Shown here in pieces: positions 1-14,100 of a DNA stretch of 64,000 nt (positions are counted from its first letter, which is position 1; every line of letters begins with the position of its first letter). Source of the DNA: the human T2T-CHM13v2.0 reference genome, Homo sapiens; assembly GCF_009914755.1 (NCBI RefSeq), contig NC_060928.1; one strand, written 5' to 3'. Both the position numbers and the translations under genes were made by a program. The notes beneath the pieces are model-generated. The model ran no database searches and was not told the origin of the DNA. It saw only the letters and a program-made list of their open reading frames with translations.

Positions 1-119
1 TATTGTGATACATGGTTCAGAATATTGTTGCAACCACACAAATGCACACATGTATTGTTGTCCACATATTTAACCTCTACACAATGTTTTTGTTTTGTCT
101 TTTCTATTAACATATCTTG

Positions 120-620
120 AAAATTTGTTTATATTGGTTTCTACTATATAATGGCCTAATTGTTTTTCAATAATACATTTTCTTCTATTGTATAAATATA
201 AATAATTTATTAGTCCTCTACTAATGAATATATATGTTTACTTCAATTTATGTTCTATTATAATCATAGCAGAAAAACATGACATTATATATGTGGTATT
301 TTATGTGTGCAATTTTGCCTGATACATTTTTACAATTTAGTGCCAAAATATCATCTAAGAAGTTTGAGTGATTTACTCCTACCCTGAAGGTGTCTAACGA
401 TGGATGCTTCCCTAGATTATGTATGATCTTATGTGATAACAAATATTTATACTGCCAATAACGTAGGAAAAAGTATACTGTAGTTTTAAACAATATTTTT
501 ATATGAGTGAAATTCAATATATGTCCATATGTGGAAAAATGTATTTTTGCTGACTACCTGATTATGTTCTTTCATATGATTTATGTCCTTTGATATATTT
601 TTCTAGTTGATTTTGGGATC
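120..620 (-). mobile_element. Very old L1 (L1ME-like) 3' region fragment
   Basis: Degenerate similarity to antisense L1M 3' ORF2/UTR; boundaries approximate. Confidence 0.4.
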
Positions 621-744
621 CAGATGTTGATTCTTATAAAAATTATAATACATAGATTATAATGCTTAATTTAATTATTTAAGTGGAGCAAGAACTTAAA
701 GACACCTGGAAAACAATCTGCAGAATTTTGTTAAATTTGTTTCA

Positions 745-1230
745 AGGTTATTATAAAAATTGTCAAATATATAAAGCAGAGAAAAAGTAGTATAATTAAA
801 TATATGTGCCTTTCACCTACTTTTAATAATTATTCGTATTTTGCCAAACTTATTTTCTGTTTCACTGATCTCTGGAAAAACATACATTGCAACTGCCATT
901 CACAGTCCCTACAGTTGTTTTTCATTTTTTTTTTTTTTGGTCTGATTTCTTAAAGGAAAACCTGTGCATCATGTCATTATATCTTAAATACGTTAGTATG
1001 CCTAATAAAGACATATTTTAAAATAAACTACCTTGCTTTAACAATAATACTGCAGTGTCATCTAATGTACATACTTAAATTTTCCCAGTTGTTTCAAAGA
1101 TGACCTTATACTGTTTACGTGTTCAAAATCCAAAAAATACCCTCATCTTTTTTTGGTATAGCAGTTAATGCCCTTTTGTTTTCTTGCAATCCCTACCCCC
1201 TTTATTTTTATGCTTTTGAATTTGTGTAGC
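745..1230 (-). mobile_element. L1MC4/5-like 3' UTR fragment
   Basis: ttattataaaaattgtcaaatatataaagcagagaaaaagtagtataa...ttcacctac...ttgccaaac resembles the antisense L1MC 3' end. Confidence 0.5.
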
Positions 1231-1509
1231 AAATGGATGCAAAATGCCCTAATTTTTACTATGATAACTAATGGAACTACTAAACATCATATTGATTCTT
1301 TCACAGGTCATCATGTGGGAGTTGTTTGTTCCTAATTTCTGCCTTCTCTGTTTGGAAGATTAAATAACTCCATTCCTTTTTCAATTCTAATGAATTTTTA
1401 GCCAAACATTGATCATCAAAAGCAAAATCAACACACCCAAAAATTTATAAATAAATTTAGTAGAAGATAAACAAAACCTTATGGAGAAAATTAATAAGAA
1501 GTGCAAAAG

Positions 1510-1617
1510 TAAGTAAGTGTCTATATTCATATTAGATAAAACAGAATTAAGTCAAGAACAGAAAAAGTCATTATATGATAAAATGATCAAACAAGCAAGA
1601 GGCTATAACAATTCTAA

Positions 1618-1648
<31 letters not shown>

Positions 1649-4600
1649 TGTACATGTATGTATATACCCAACACTGGAGCCCCCAAATTAATAAATCAAA
1701 CTCAGCATTAGACAGATCATCTAGACAGAATATTTACAGAAAAACATTGGATTTAAATGGGACTTAAGACTAGATGTACCTAGCAGACCTTAAAAGAACA
1801 TTCTATTCAATACCTGTAGAATATACATTCTTTCCATCCCCACAAGAAACATTCTCAAGGATAGGCTACGTTATGCCACAAAGCAAGTCTCAACAAAATT
1901 TTAAGAATCAAAATCATATTCAGTATTATCTCAGACTACAATGTTAAAAAACTAAAAATTATTGCCAAGAGAAATGTTAGAAATTATAAAAATACATGGA
2001 AATTATAAAACAAGCTCCTGAATGATCACTGGATCAATGATGACATTAAGATTGAAATTAAAAACCTTTCTGAAAGAAATTAAAATGGAAATATAACATA
2101 CCTAAACCAGTGGGAAACTGCAAAAGCAGTACTAAGAGGGAAATTTATTGTGATAAATGCATATACCATAAAAGTAAAAATATTACAAATTAACAATCTA
2201 ATAACACGCCTGAAGGACTAGAAAAGCAAGAAGAAACGAAACATGAAATTAGCAGAAAAAAGAAATAATAAAGACTAGAACAAAACTAAATGAAATAGAG
2301 ACTAAAGAAGCAATTCAAAAGTTAAATAAAAGGAAAATTTTGTTCTTTGAAAAGATAAGCAAAATTGATAACCTTCTAGTTAGACTAACCAAGAAAAGAA
2401 AAGAGAAATCACAAATAAATAAGATCACAAGTGAGGAGGAAACATTATAACTGATACCACAGAAATACAAAAGTTCATCAGGGACTATGTTGACAAACTA
2501 CACACTCACAAACTGGAAAACCTAGAGGAAATGGATAAATTCCTGGCAACATAAAACCTAACGAATTTGAATCATCAAAAAAATGAAACCTGAATAGATC
2601 AATAACGAGCAGTGAGGTTAAGTCAAAAATAAAAACTCTACCAAAAAAGAAAAGCCCATGACCAGATGGATTCAAAGCCAAATTATTGCAGACATACAAG
2701 GAAAAATTGGGATCAGACACCTTTAAACTATTCCAGAAAGTCAAGGAGGAGGAAATCCTTCCTAACTCATTTTAAGGTGCCAGCATCACCCTGATGCCAA
2801 AACCTGACAAGGGCACACACATAAAAAAGAAAACTACAGGCCAATATCTCTGATGAACATAAATAAAAATCCTTAACAAAATACTAGCAAACTGAATTCA
2901 ATAGCATATCAAAAAGATAATACACCAATAACAAGTGAGATTCTTGCCAGTGGGGGTTCAATATACAGAATCAATATACATCATAAATTACATCAATAGA
3001 ATGAATGACAGAAACTATGTGATCATTCCAAAATAGAACAGAAAAAAACATTTAATAAAGTTCAACATCCTTTCACAATAAATACTCAGAGTATTGGGTT
3101 TGTTTAGAACAAACTAGGGATAGAAGGAAAATATCTCAATATAATAAAGGCCACAGACAAACCCACAGCTAGCATCAGACTGAATGGGGAAAAGATGTAA
3201 GCCTTTCCAGTAAGAACTGGAGCAAGGCAAGGCTGCCCACTTTCCCCACTCATTCAACACGGTACTGGTAATCCTAATCAGAGCAATCAGGCAAGAGAAA
3301 AAATAGAAGGTATCCAAATTGGAAAAGAGGAAGTCACATTGTCCTTCTTTGTAACAATATGATTATATATCAAGAAATACCCAAAGACTCCGCACACATC
3401 AAAAAGACACACTCTTAGATTTCATAAATCAAGTCAGTAAAGTTGCTGGATACAAAATCAATACACAAAAATCAGTAACATTTCTACACACACTAATAAT
3501 GATCTAGCTGATAAAGATGTGAAAAAGGAAATCTCATTTACTATAGCTACAAAAATAAAAATACCTAACAGTAAATTTAAACAAGTGAAAAAAGAGCTAT
3601 ATAAGAACAACTACAAAACACTGATGAAAGAAATTGAAGATGACATAAATGAATGGGAAAACATCCCAGGCTCATAGATCAGATGAATATCATTAAAGTG
3701 ACCACATTGCCCAAAGCATTCTACAAATTGAATGCAATTTCTATCAAAATACCAATGTAATTCTTCATAGAATTAGAAAAAAATAATTATAAAAGTTGTA
3801 TGGAGGCAAAAGAGAGCACAAATAGCCAAAATAATTGTGAGCAAAAACACAAAGCTGGAGAAATCATATTACTTAACTGAAAAATATAAGGCTACAATAA
3901 CCAAAAGAGCATGGTATTGGTATAAAAATAGACACATCAACCAATGGAACCGAATAGTTAACCCATAAATAAAGTCACACATTTAAATCCAACTTACTTT
4001 TGACAAAAACTGACAAGAACTTACATTGGTGGAAAGGACACCCTCTTAAATAAATAGTACTGGGAAAATATGAAAGTCAGGCACAGAAGAATGAGATTAG
4101 ACCCCTGTCTCTCACCATACACAAAAATCAACTCAAAATAAAACAAAGACTTAAATATAAGACCCCAAACTATTAAAATATTAGAAGAAAACCCAGGGAA
4201 AAGTTTCCTGGGCATTTGTCTAGGCAAAGACTGCTAAAACACAAACAAGAAAAACAAAAATAGACAAATGGGACTTAATTAACAAAAAACCTTCTTTACA
4301 CCAAATAAATAATTAGCAGATTGAAGAGACAACCTTCTGGATGAAAGAAAATATGTGCTAATTACTCATCTGACAAGGGACTAATATCCAGAGTATAAAA
4401 GAACCTTAACTCATCAGGAAAAAAAAATTCATGTAAAAGTGAGCAAAGAATATAAACAGGCATCTCAAAAGAAGATATAACAAGATCCAATAAGTGTATG
4501 AAAAATGTTCACATCACTAATCATCAGAGAAATGCAAATAAAAACACAATTGGATATCATCGTACCATAGTCAAAATGGCTATTACTATAATGACAAAAA

Positions 4601-5335
4601 ATATCATATTTTGACAATGATATAGCAAAAAGGGACCTCTTACACACTGTTGGCAAAAATATAAACTAGTATAGCCACTACGGAAAATGGAGAGATTTCT
4701 CAAGAAACTAAAAATAAAATTGCTATTTAATACAGCAATTCAGGTTCCAGGTAACTACACACAGGAAAAGATACCAATAGATCAAAGGATACCTGAGGTC
4801 ATGGGCTCATTGGAGTACTATATACATAATAGGAAAGATATGGAATTAACCTAAGTGCTTATCAACCGATGAGTGAATAAAGAAGCTATGATATTTATAC
4901 AAAATGAAATACTATTCAGCCATAAAAAAGAACAAAATCATGTCACTTCCAGCAACATGGAAGGAACTAGAGGTCATTGTCATAAGAAAAATAAGCCAGG
5001 CATGAAAAGACAAATATTACATGTTCTCTATTATATGTGGGAGTTAAAAAAATTGAACACATGGAGATAGCGGAAAAATAGATAACAGAGGCTACGAAGG
5101 ATGACTGGGGACAGGAAGGAGGATGAAGAGAAGTGGGTTAAAGGGTGCAAACATATAATGAGATAGAAAGAATAAATTCAATATTTCATAGGAAAGTAGG
5201 ATGACTATACTTTTAAAAAATGTATTGTTCTCAGGTGATAGACATCCTAAATACCCTGACTTTATTACTAGCCATTATATACATGAGAAACATTTATCAT
5301 GTATTCCACCAATTTGCATAAATAAATAAATAACT
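1510..5335 (+). mobile_element. L1MA3-like LINE-1, 5'-truncated, decayed ORF2 (EN to C-terminus) plus 3' UTR
   Basis: ORF2 motifs (YIPNTGAPK; RT region about 2600-3800); 3' UTR gtgggttaaagggtgcaaacat...aataccctgac; (AAAT)n tail. Confidence 0.9.
1619..1666. repeat. (TA)n/(TATG)n microsatellite inside L1
   Basis: Directly visible. Confidence 0.9.
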
Positions 5336-5343
5336 TTTGTAAA

Positions 5344-5411
5344 TGATAATTTACCTGTAGATTTCTAGATTTCTACAGGCAAATTTCTAGATGTCTACAG
5401 GTAAATTATCA
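5344..5411. repeat. Nested inverted/direct repeat with 18-bp perfect outer arms
   Basis: tgataatttacctgtaga ... tctacaggtaaattatca; internal direct repeat atttctagat(t/g)tctacagg. Confidence 0.9.
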
Positions 5412-6182
5412 CATTGAATATAATTTAAGAAAATTGACATCTAACGTGCTGTAGAGATGATGTGTAGTAATTCCAGAAAAATTAACAGATATGTTTTTAT
5501 ACTATCAGATTAAAGCTGTTGTTCCTTTTAAAAAAATAATAAAAAGCAAAAAGCTTGTGGCATTTGATAAACTGACTAATTTACAGTGATAAAACCCAAG
5601 CCATGAACATCCACATGTATGAGACAATAGAATATTCATTAATAAATAATTATGGAAATTTTTCTATTTACTATGAGAATGTAAAATTACAACCCTCAAA
5701 ATTTCCAGACACTTCTATGCCAAACTGGAATTTATCATTAAATGAAAAATAACATACACAATGTACAAAAATCATGTTATAATTTGTGTACAAAAAGCCT
5801 GGAAATAATATCTGTTTGAATGGATATATATTTGCAAAGAAATCTCAAGAAGAAAGGCAGAAAGCTAACAAAAATACTACTTCCTAAGAGGCATAGAATT
5901 TTAGTGGGTGGAGAACAAGCATGGTAAGACTGTTCACCTCTTTAACATTTTTTGTTTTTGATGTTTTCAAATCTACCTAATAAAATTAAAGAGATAAATA
6001 TAAAATATTAGGAAGTTATAAGAGGGATATCTTAATGTCATTGGGTAGAAAGTTTTTTTAATCAATGCATATAAAGATGAAACCAGAAAAAAATGTGTTT
6101 AGAGAAAGGGTTCTTAAGGAATAAATGCAGAATTTACCTTGGTGGTAGTTCAACTTTTTGTTAGTTGGCAATCAATGGGCTT

Positions 6183-6232
6183 AATAAAATTATTCATATA
6201 TATATCAATAAAATTATTCATATATATATATC
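6183..6232. repeat. 24-bp tandem duplication
   Basis: aataaaattattcatatatatatc twice; second copy has a longer TA run. Confidence 0.9.
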
Positions 6233-7324
6233 TTTAATTAATAGTCCTGGGAAACATCTACACAGCTTGTTACTTTTCCTGGCTCTTTCAAGTATTACCT
6301 CATAGTTTAGTTGAGTTCTATTAATTTGCACTTACATTAACGTGAGGACTTGCAAATAAAGAATCACAGCATAAAATGCAAGTTCTCACATGATTTGTTC
6401 TGCAGTTCAGTGATCTAGATCTGCTCTATGAGATATAGGTTGCTGTTTGTTTTTTTTTTTTTAACAAAGTATGTTTCATGCATCAAATTGCTTCCAAACA
6501 AAGAATAAATTTTTCCAAGACTCAAAGAATAGAGTTTATACACAACAGACCAGAACACTTCATAATCTGCCAACAGTGATAATTATAAGATCAGGAAATC
6601 TGTAATCATTATTAACTATTAAAACCTCTTAACCGCATTTTAAATAATGAAGAACAATCATAGGACATCAGCACAATGAGGCTCATTTTTCAGTGGAGCA
6701 GTGAAGTAGGTAGCATGCATATTACTGATTCTTATAAACTATAAATAGTGTGTACAACTGTATAGACAGTCATCTATCTTATGAGTGACTGGAGTAGCTA
6801 GGAGATTTTAATACTTTCCAGAATTTGATAAATGTCTGTTTAAAACATCCATTCTCTCTGTAATTATAAATACTTCTGTGATAACCCTCATCAATTTTAG
6901 GACACCACATGAAACATCCTTGGTCTACTTTACTGATTATTCCCTCAGTTCCCATCCTTCGTTCCTTAAATTTAGCAGCCTGTCATGGACCCTGATATCT
7001 TCTTAAATAGCTATTTTGAGCACTGACTGGATCTTTTCAAGAGCAGTATAATAATATCTTATATTCTTAGAATTTTAGGAACAACACTGAAGGAAAACTC
7101 TTCAGTGGTGAGGTTATCAGAACTTTTCAAATTGACTCTTAGATGTCTGTGATTTTCCAAAACACAACTGAGGGACACCCTCATTTAAGCAGAATGGACA
7201 ATAAATGTTAAATGGGCAAGTCTATGACACCACCTACGACCAAAGCATGTGCACATACTTTCCTTTATCAAGAGCATCTCTACACTTATGTTTTTGATAA
7301 TATTCTGTAGATAAGACCATACCT

Positions 7325-7494
7325 AAAAATTAGCTGGGAGTGGGGGCAACACACCTGTAGTCCCAGTTACTTGAGAGGCTGAGGAGGGAGGATCACTTGA
7401 GTGCAGGAGTTCGAGGGTGCAATAAGGTATAAGCTATGATCATGCCACTGCATTCCAGCCTAGGCGACATGGAGACCTTGTCACAAAAAAGAAA
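7325..7494 (+). mobile_element. Alu right-arm monomer (FRAM/AluJ)
   Basis: aaaaattagctggg...cctgtagtcccag...gatcatgccactgcattccagcctagg. Confidence 0.9.
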
Positions 7495-7557
7495 AGAAGG
7501 GAGGCAGGGAGGAAGGAAGGAAGGAAGGAAGGAAGGAAGGAAAAAAGAAAGAGAGAG
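7495..7557. repeat. (GGAA)n purine tract derived from Alu tail
   Basis: Directly visible. Confidence 0.9.
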
Positions 7558-7599
7558 ACCATATCTTTTATCCACCAATTCCTCCTCTTCTGCATTTTG

Positions 7600-7760
7600 C
7601 TAATAATGTGAAAAATATTGAGTCCTAGTGCAGTACTAAGCACTATATTTAAGTTCTTCACATCTATGATTTCATTTAGCCTTACAAGAATCCAATGAAG
7701 TAGTTATTACCCTCATTTAAAAAAAATGAAAATCAAGACTCAGTGTTATAAACTAACTTA
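7600..7760 (-). mobile_element. MIR SINE
   Basis: ttcatttagccttacaagaatccaatgaagtagttattaccctcattt...gaaaatcaagactcag matches the antisense MIR core. Confidence 0.7.
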
Positions 7761-8331
7761 GTGTCAGAGAGTTTTCATTTCACTGAACTTCCATCTACCT
7801 TGATCATACAAGGTATATTTTTAATTTTTAGCTTTAACAATGATAAATTATGAAGATAATTACAGGAAATAGTCTGCAAAGATAACTATTTATCTTACCT
7901 TATTAGTGATGTCCAGATCTCATTCTCCATGATATTATAAAATTAACTGAAAACAAATTCTCTTGAACAAAGTTAATGATGTTTAAAATGGCTATACAGT
8001 TTAATTTATCAAAAATTGACTGCTTGGTTAAGGAGTTAATCAAGAAGAGCTGAGGAGGGGAACACTGGCATGTTCTTTTACAAGAGAAAGAAAAAGTCTT
8101 ATTTGACCTTTCTGTTAGAAAAAATTTCACTGAGACAGCTCTCTCCCTCCCAGTCTTCCTCCTTTATATTTTGTCCTCTTAATCTTTTGCTTTACCCCTT
8201 ATATAAATATATTTTATTTCTCTTATTGCCTTCCTTTTGCTCTTCTTTCTTCCTCCCCTCATTTTCCTTATGGTATTCAGTAGAAAAGAGACAAAATCAT
8301 GAAAAATACCCAGATCTAGAATCTGAAGAAT

Positions 8332-8978
8332 TGTTCCTGGAACCAAGCCAGGTCCGGCTGCGTTTTCTCGAGGCCCAGAAACGAGAAGCAGACAAACTAG
8401 GAAAGAAGGGAATTTATTGCTGTAACCAGATACAGGGGGAAGGCTGGAGATAATTCCACCAGACCAACTCAAAGTGTTACAATTTTCTTAGTGCTTATAT
8501 AGGTTGGAGTTATGTACGTACATGCGGTACAGCATTCACCTGTCTATTAGTAACTAATTTTGTTTAAACTAGAAGGTCAGAGGCAAAAAACTGCTTGCTA
8601 AGTCTGATTAAAAGGGCCCCTTTACAACTTGGTCAGGAGAGCTGTTTTAAACTCTCCAATGAATCTATTCAAACAGCTGCCTCTGTTACCTTGACTTGTC
8701 TCAGATTCCGTTGACCCAAGAAGGGTCCTGGTACTAGGAATGTAAGACTGTCTCTATTATTCTGACTTGCTCCAGGTTAGGGAGAAGCCTATGCAAGGCT
8801 CCTACTGACCATATGTTGCATTTTTAGCTTTGATGGCTGGGCACTGATTTCCCTAGGTTTAACTATTTGCTCAATGTGAAGGCAGTGCTGTGGAAATCCG
8901 TCTGTGCTTTGCAGGGCTGTCTGTGTGGCTGTCAGCAGGCCTGTCTGTGAGATTGTCCGGGAGAACTGGCCTGTTACA
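8332..8978 (-). mobile_element. ERV1-class solo LTR (MER83/MER84-like; subfamily uncertain)
   Basis: TG...CA termini; 4-bp TSD GAAT (8328-8331, 8979-8982); minus-strand TATA near 8495 and AATAAA near 8415. Confidence 0.85.
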
Positions 8979-9431
8979 GAATCAGTCTCCTTCACCTGGA
9001 GAGGTGTTCTCAACTCTTCATTGGTAGTATCAGAGAATCAGAGAGGGCCTTCCTCTATGCTAGGATTGCTTATCAGAGGCATATTTGCCTAAAACAGGAA
9101 GAGATCTTGGAGTAGGGACTGACCAAGTCTGAAACAACAGAACAGAGGTTGGCTTTCCCCTTTCCTTTAATTTATTCATCCAACAGATATTTTGAGAACT
9201 ATGAAGTGAACAGCACACACGTGCCCTCAGGGAGAATACAGCAAAACACTAGTTAAGCAAGTAATCAGTCCTCTTTTGTGCCCATTTGAGACATTAGATG
9301 TGTCGATAGCTTGCTGTGAATTACATCTTTTCATATATTCTTGAAAGTTTTGCATTTCTTGTGTTATCCTGGTATTCTAAGAAACTAGCAGGCACTATTA
9401 AAAGTACCATTTGATGTCTTACTATAAGCCT

Positions 9432-10036
<605 letters not shown>

Positions 10037-10049
10037 GTTTTTAAGGAAA

Positions 10050-10870
10050 AAATATGTTAACAACTTTACTGAGGTATGATCATTATACAAAAAGCTGTAC
10101 ATATTTACATGCATATTTAAGGTATACAACTTGATGAGTTTAGAGATAAGTATACATCCTTGAAACAACACTACAGTCAATGCCATAAACACATTCATCA
10201 TCTCCAAAACTGTCCTCCAGCTCCCTTTAATTGTTATTATGATAAGAGCCCTTAACATAAGAACTACCTTCTTCGCAAAATTTTAAGTTTACAATACAGT
10301 ATTTTTGACTATAGACTTTATGCTATATAGTCAGTCTCTAGGACTTATTCATTTTTTATGACTGAAACTTTGTACCCTTTAATTTTCTTTACACATTTTT
10401 ATATTTAATTCGAGGAAATTTAATTTTTTTATACTTTAAGTTCTGGGGTACATGTGCAGAATGTGCAGGTTTGTTACATAGTTATACACGTGCCATGGAG
10501 GTTTGCTGCACCCATCAACCCGACAACTATATTAGCTATTTCTCCTAATGCTATCCCTCGCCTAGCCCCACACCCCCCAACAGGCCCCAGTGTGTGATGT
10601 TCCCCTCCCTGTGTCCATGTGTTCTCATTGTTCAACTCCCACTTATGAGTGAGAACATGTGGTGTTTGATTTTCTGTTCTTGTGTTAGTTTGCTGAGAAT
10701 GATGGTTTCCAGCTTCATCCATGTCTCTGTAAAGGACATGAACTCAACCTTTTTTATGGCTGCATGGTATTCCATGGTGTATATCTGCCACATTTTCTTT
10801 ATGTACCCTTTAACTATTACCTCTGCATTTCTTCCTCCTAGCCTCTGGCAATAAACATTTTATTTCGCCT
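10050..10870 (-). mobile_element. L1MB/L1MA9-like 3' UTR interrupted by an L1PA insertion
   Basis: aactttactgaggtatga...aacataagaactaccttc...actgaaactttgtaccctttaa, resuming at 10802. Confidence 0.8.
10383..10801 (-). mobile_element. 5'-truncated L1PA7/8-like 3' end with extra 3' segment
   Basis: atactttaagttctggggtacatgtgcag... 3' UTR; 12-bp TSD tgtaccctttaa (10371-10382, 10802-10813). Confidence 0.93.
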
Positions 10871-11134
10871 TTTCTATTTTGCATGCCTAAGGGAGAACCC
10901 TGTAGCAAAACACTATTTTCAATTCCATATCTATGCATGTAAAAACTGTCCATGTAGAAAACTGCCAAAGAGATGTTAAGGTCTAACCATTTCTACGTTT
11001 ATTTATGTTCTTCAATAATACTGATTATGTGGTGAAGTAAAAACTAGAGTTACAAGATTCGCAAAAATCTGGGTTTAGTTGTCAGTGAACCATATTAGCT
11101 CACAATAATTGTGGGTTAAAATCCTTAGGACTTG

Positions 11135-14100
11135 ATAGCCATTCAGACTGGCTTCTTTCACTAAACAATATGCATTGAAGCTTCCATGTCTTTTTGTGGC
11201 TTGACAGCTCTTTTTAAAAATAATCATTGAATAGTATCTCATTTAATGGATGTAGCTGAGTTTGTTCATTTACGTACTGAAGGATATCTCAGTTACATCC
11301 TGTTTGGGGAAACTCGAGTAAAACTACTGTAAATGTGCACAAGTAGGCTTTTTTGGAGACATACATTTTCAGTTCTTTAGGGTAGTGCAATTATTGGATC
11401 CTATAGTTAGATTACGTTTAGCTTTATAAGAAACTGCCAAACTGTCCTCCAAAGTGTCTGTATCATTTTTGCATTTATACCAGGAATGAATGAGAGTCTC
11501 TGTTGTCCCACACCCTTGCCAGCATGTAGAGCATCTTTTCATGTGCTCATTGGCCATCTATACACATTTATTGATGAGGTGTCTGTTCAGATCTTTTGCC
11601 CACTTTTTTATTGGGTGATCTGTTTTTGCATTGTTGAGTTGAGTTATTTGCATATTTGGGGTATAAGTCCTTTACCAAATATGTGTTTTGCAAACTTATG
11701 ATCCCAATCTGTGGCTTATCCTTTTGTTCTCATATCAGAGTCACACAGCAGGGGTTTTCCATTTTGATAAAGCCTACCTGTTTTTTTCATCCATCATGCT
11801 TTTAGTGCTTTATTAAAAACATCACTAAATCGAAGGTCATCTAGATTTATCTTAATTTTTTCTATAAGTTTTATAGTTTTGCATTTTACATTTAGACTTA
11901 TGATCTATTGTCAGTTAATTTTTATAAACACTGTAATATCTATGTCTAAATCATTTTTTGTTTTTTGGCATATAGATTTCCAAATGTTCCAGCACTGTTT
12001 TTGAAAATACTATCCTTTGTCCATTGATTGCCTTTGCTCCTTTGTCAGAAATAAGTTGACTATGTCTTTGTAGGTCTATTTCTGGGCTCTCTATTCTGTT
12101 TTATTGTCATATGTGTCTATTCTTTCAGTAACAGAATGTTTTCTTGATTGCTGTGGTTTTGTGGTAAGTCTTAAAGTCCCATAGTGTCTGTCCTCCAATT
12201 TTATTCCTTTTTTTTGGTATTCTGTTTGCTGTTCTGTTGCCATTTTGTTTTTATCTTTTCCTATAATTGTAGAACTTGTATGATAATACAAATTAGCTTG
12301 TTGACATTCGATTTGGATTGTTTTCACTCTATAGATCATTTTGAGAGGAATTGACACTTGTATAATACTGACTCTTCCAAGCCATGAGTATGAAATATGG
12401 CTTCATCTACTTAAATCTTTGATTTCTTTCATGTTGTTTTTTTACTTAAAGATCCCATTAATATTTTTCTAGATTTACCCCTAAGAATTTCATGTTTTTC
12501 TACTATTGTAAATGCTAGTGTGTTTTAACTTTATTGTTCATTGCTACTAAATAGAAATACAATTAAATTTTGCATATTAATGTTTGCATTTAGTGACCTA
12601 TTATAATCACTTATTAATTATAGGGGGTTTTTTTATGATTTTAAGGGATTTTCTACATGGGCATGTAATCTGTTAATGAAAACAACTTTATTTTTGCCTT
12701 CTCTAGCTGTATAACCTTTATTTCCTTTTCTTGTCATTTATACCAGCTAAGATTTCCAGTACAAATGCTGATTAGGAATGTTGTTTCTGGTATTGGAGGA
12801 AAGCATACATGTTCTCACCAAGTATGATGTTAGCTGTAGGTAATTTGTAGATGTTCATTACCAAGTGTGCAAGTTCCCCTCTATTCACAGTTACATGAAA
12901 GTTTTTATGATGAATACGTTTTGGATTTTTTCAAATATTTTTTCTGCATTAATTGATATAATCATATGATTTTTCTTCTTTAACCTACTGATATGATGGG
13001 TTGTATTAATTGATTTTTGAATGTTGTTCCAGCCTCATAAATCTGAAATAATTCTCACTTGGCCATGTTATGCAGTATTTTATATATTTCATATACTTAT
13101 AAATTTAATTTGCTACCTTTTTGTGGATTTTTCATTTATATCTATGAAAAATATTGGTTTGTAGTTCACCTGTTTTATAATGTATATGGTTTTGGTATTA
13201 GGGTAATGCTGCTCTCATTAAAATGTTTGGAAATGTTCCTTCTGCCTCTATATGGAGGATTCTGTAGGGAATTGATATCATTTCTGTCCTAAATATTTGG
13301 TAGAATTTACCAGAGAAGCCGCTGCTGCAAAGTGTTTCCTTTTTTCTAAAGACTTTAGTTACTGATTCAATGTATATGACAGATACAAACATATCAAACC
13401 ATCTACTTCTCTTTCATGAGTTTTGGTAGGTTTTGTTTTCTAAGAAATCGATTTATTTTATTTAAGTTATCCAGTTTGTGAGCATAGAGTTGTTTATGAT
13501 GGTCTTTTATTTTCCATACGTCCATGAGATCAGTAAAGGAGGCCCTTCTTTCATTTCTGATATTTGTAATTTATGTTTCTCTTCCTCTCTCTCTCTCTCT
13601 CTCTCTTTTGACAGTCTGGTTCTAGGTCTAAAAACTTCATTGATCTTTTCAAAGAAACAGCTTTCGGTATGGTTGAATTTCTCTATTGCTTTCTTTTTTT
13701 TCAATGTTGTTAATTTATACTCTAATTTTATTACATATTTTTCTTTTACTTGCCTTAGACTTAAATTGCACCCTTTTTCTAATTTCCTAGGGTGAAAGTT
13801 CAGAGTATTGGTTTTAGATCTTCTTCACTTCTAATATATGCATTCAGTGATCTAAATGTTCCTCCAAGCACTACTTTTGCTGCTCCCAACTTTCATTTGT
13901 ATTTTCATTTTCATTTTGCTTAAAATATCTATTTTAAATTTCTCTCCAAAGACTTCTTATCTGGCCCAAGTGTGTTTTAAATATCTGTTTTTTTAATTCT
14001 CAATTTTTTTTTAATTTTCAGTTATTTTCCTGTTACTGATTTCTAGTTTAATTTCATCATCAAGATCTGACAGCATACTTTGTATAATCTCTTGCTTATA

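Noticed and set aside
8070-9092. ORFs of 60-127 aa
   Set aside because: Low-complexity pyrimidine tract and LTR sequence; no protein similarity.
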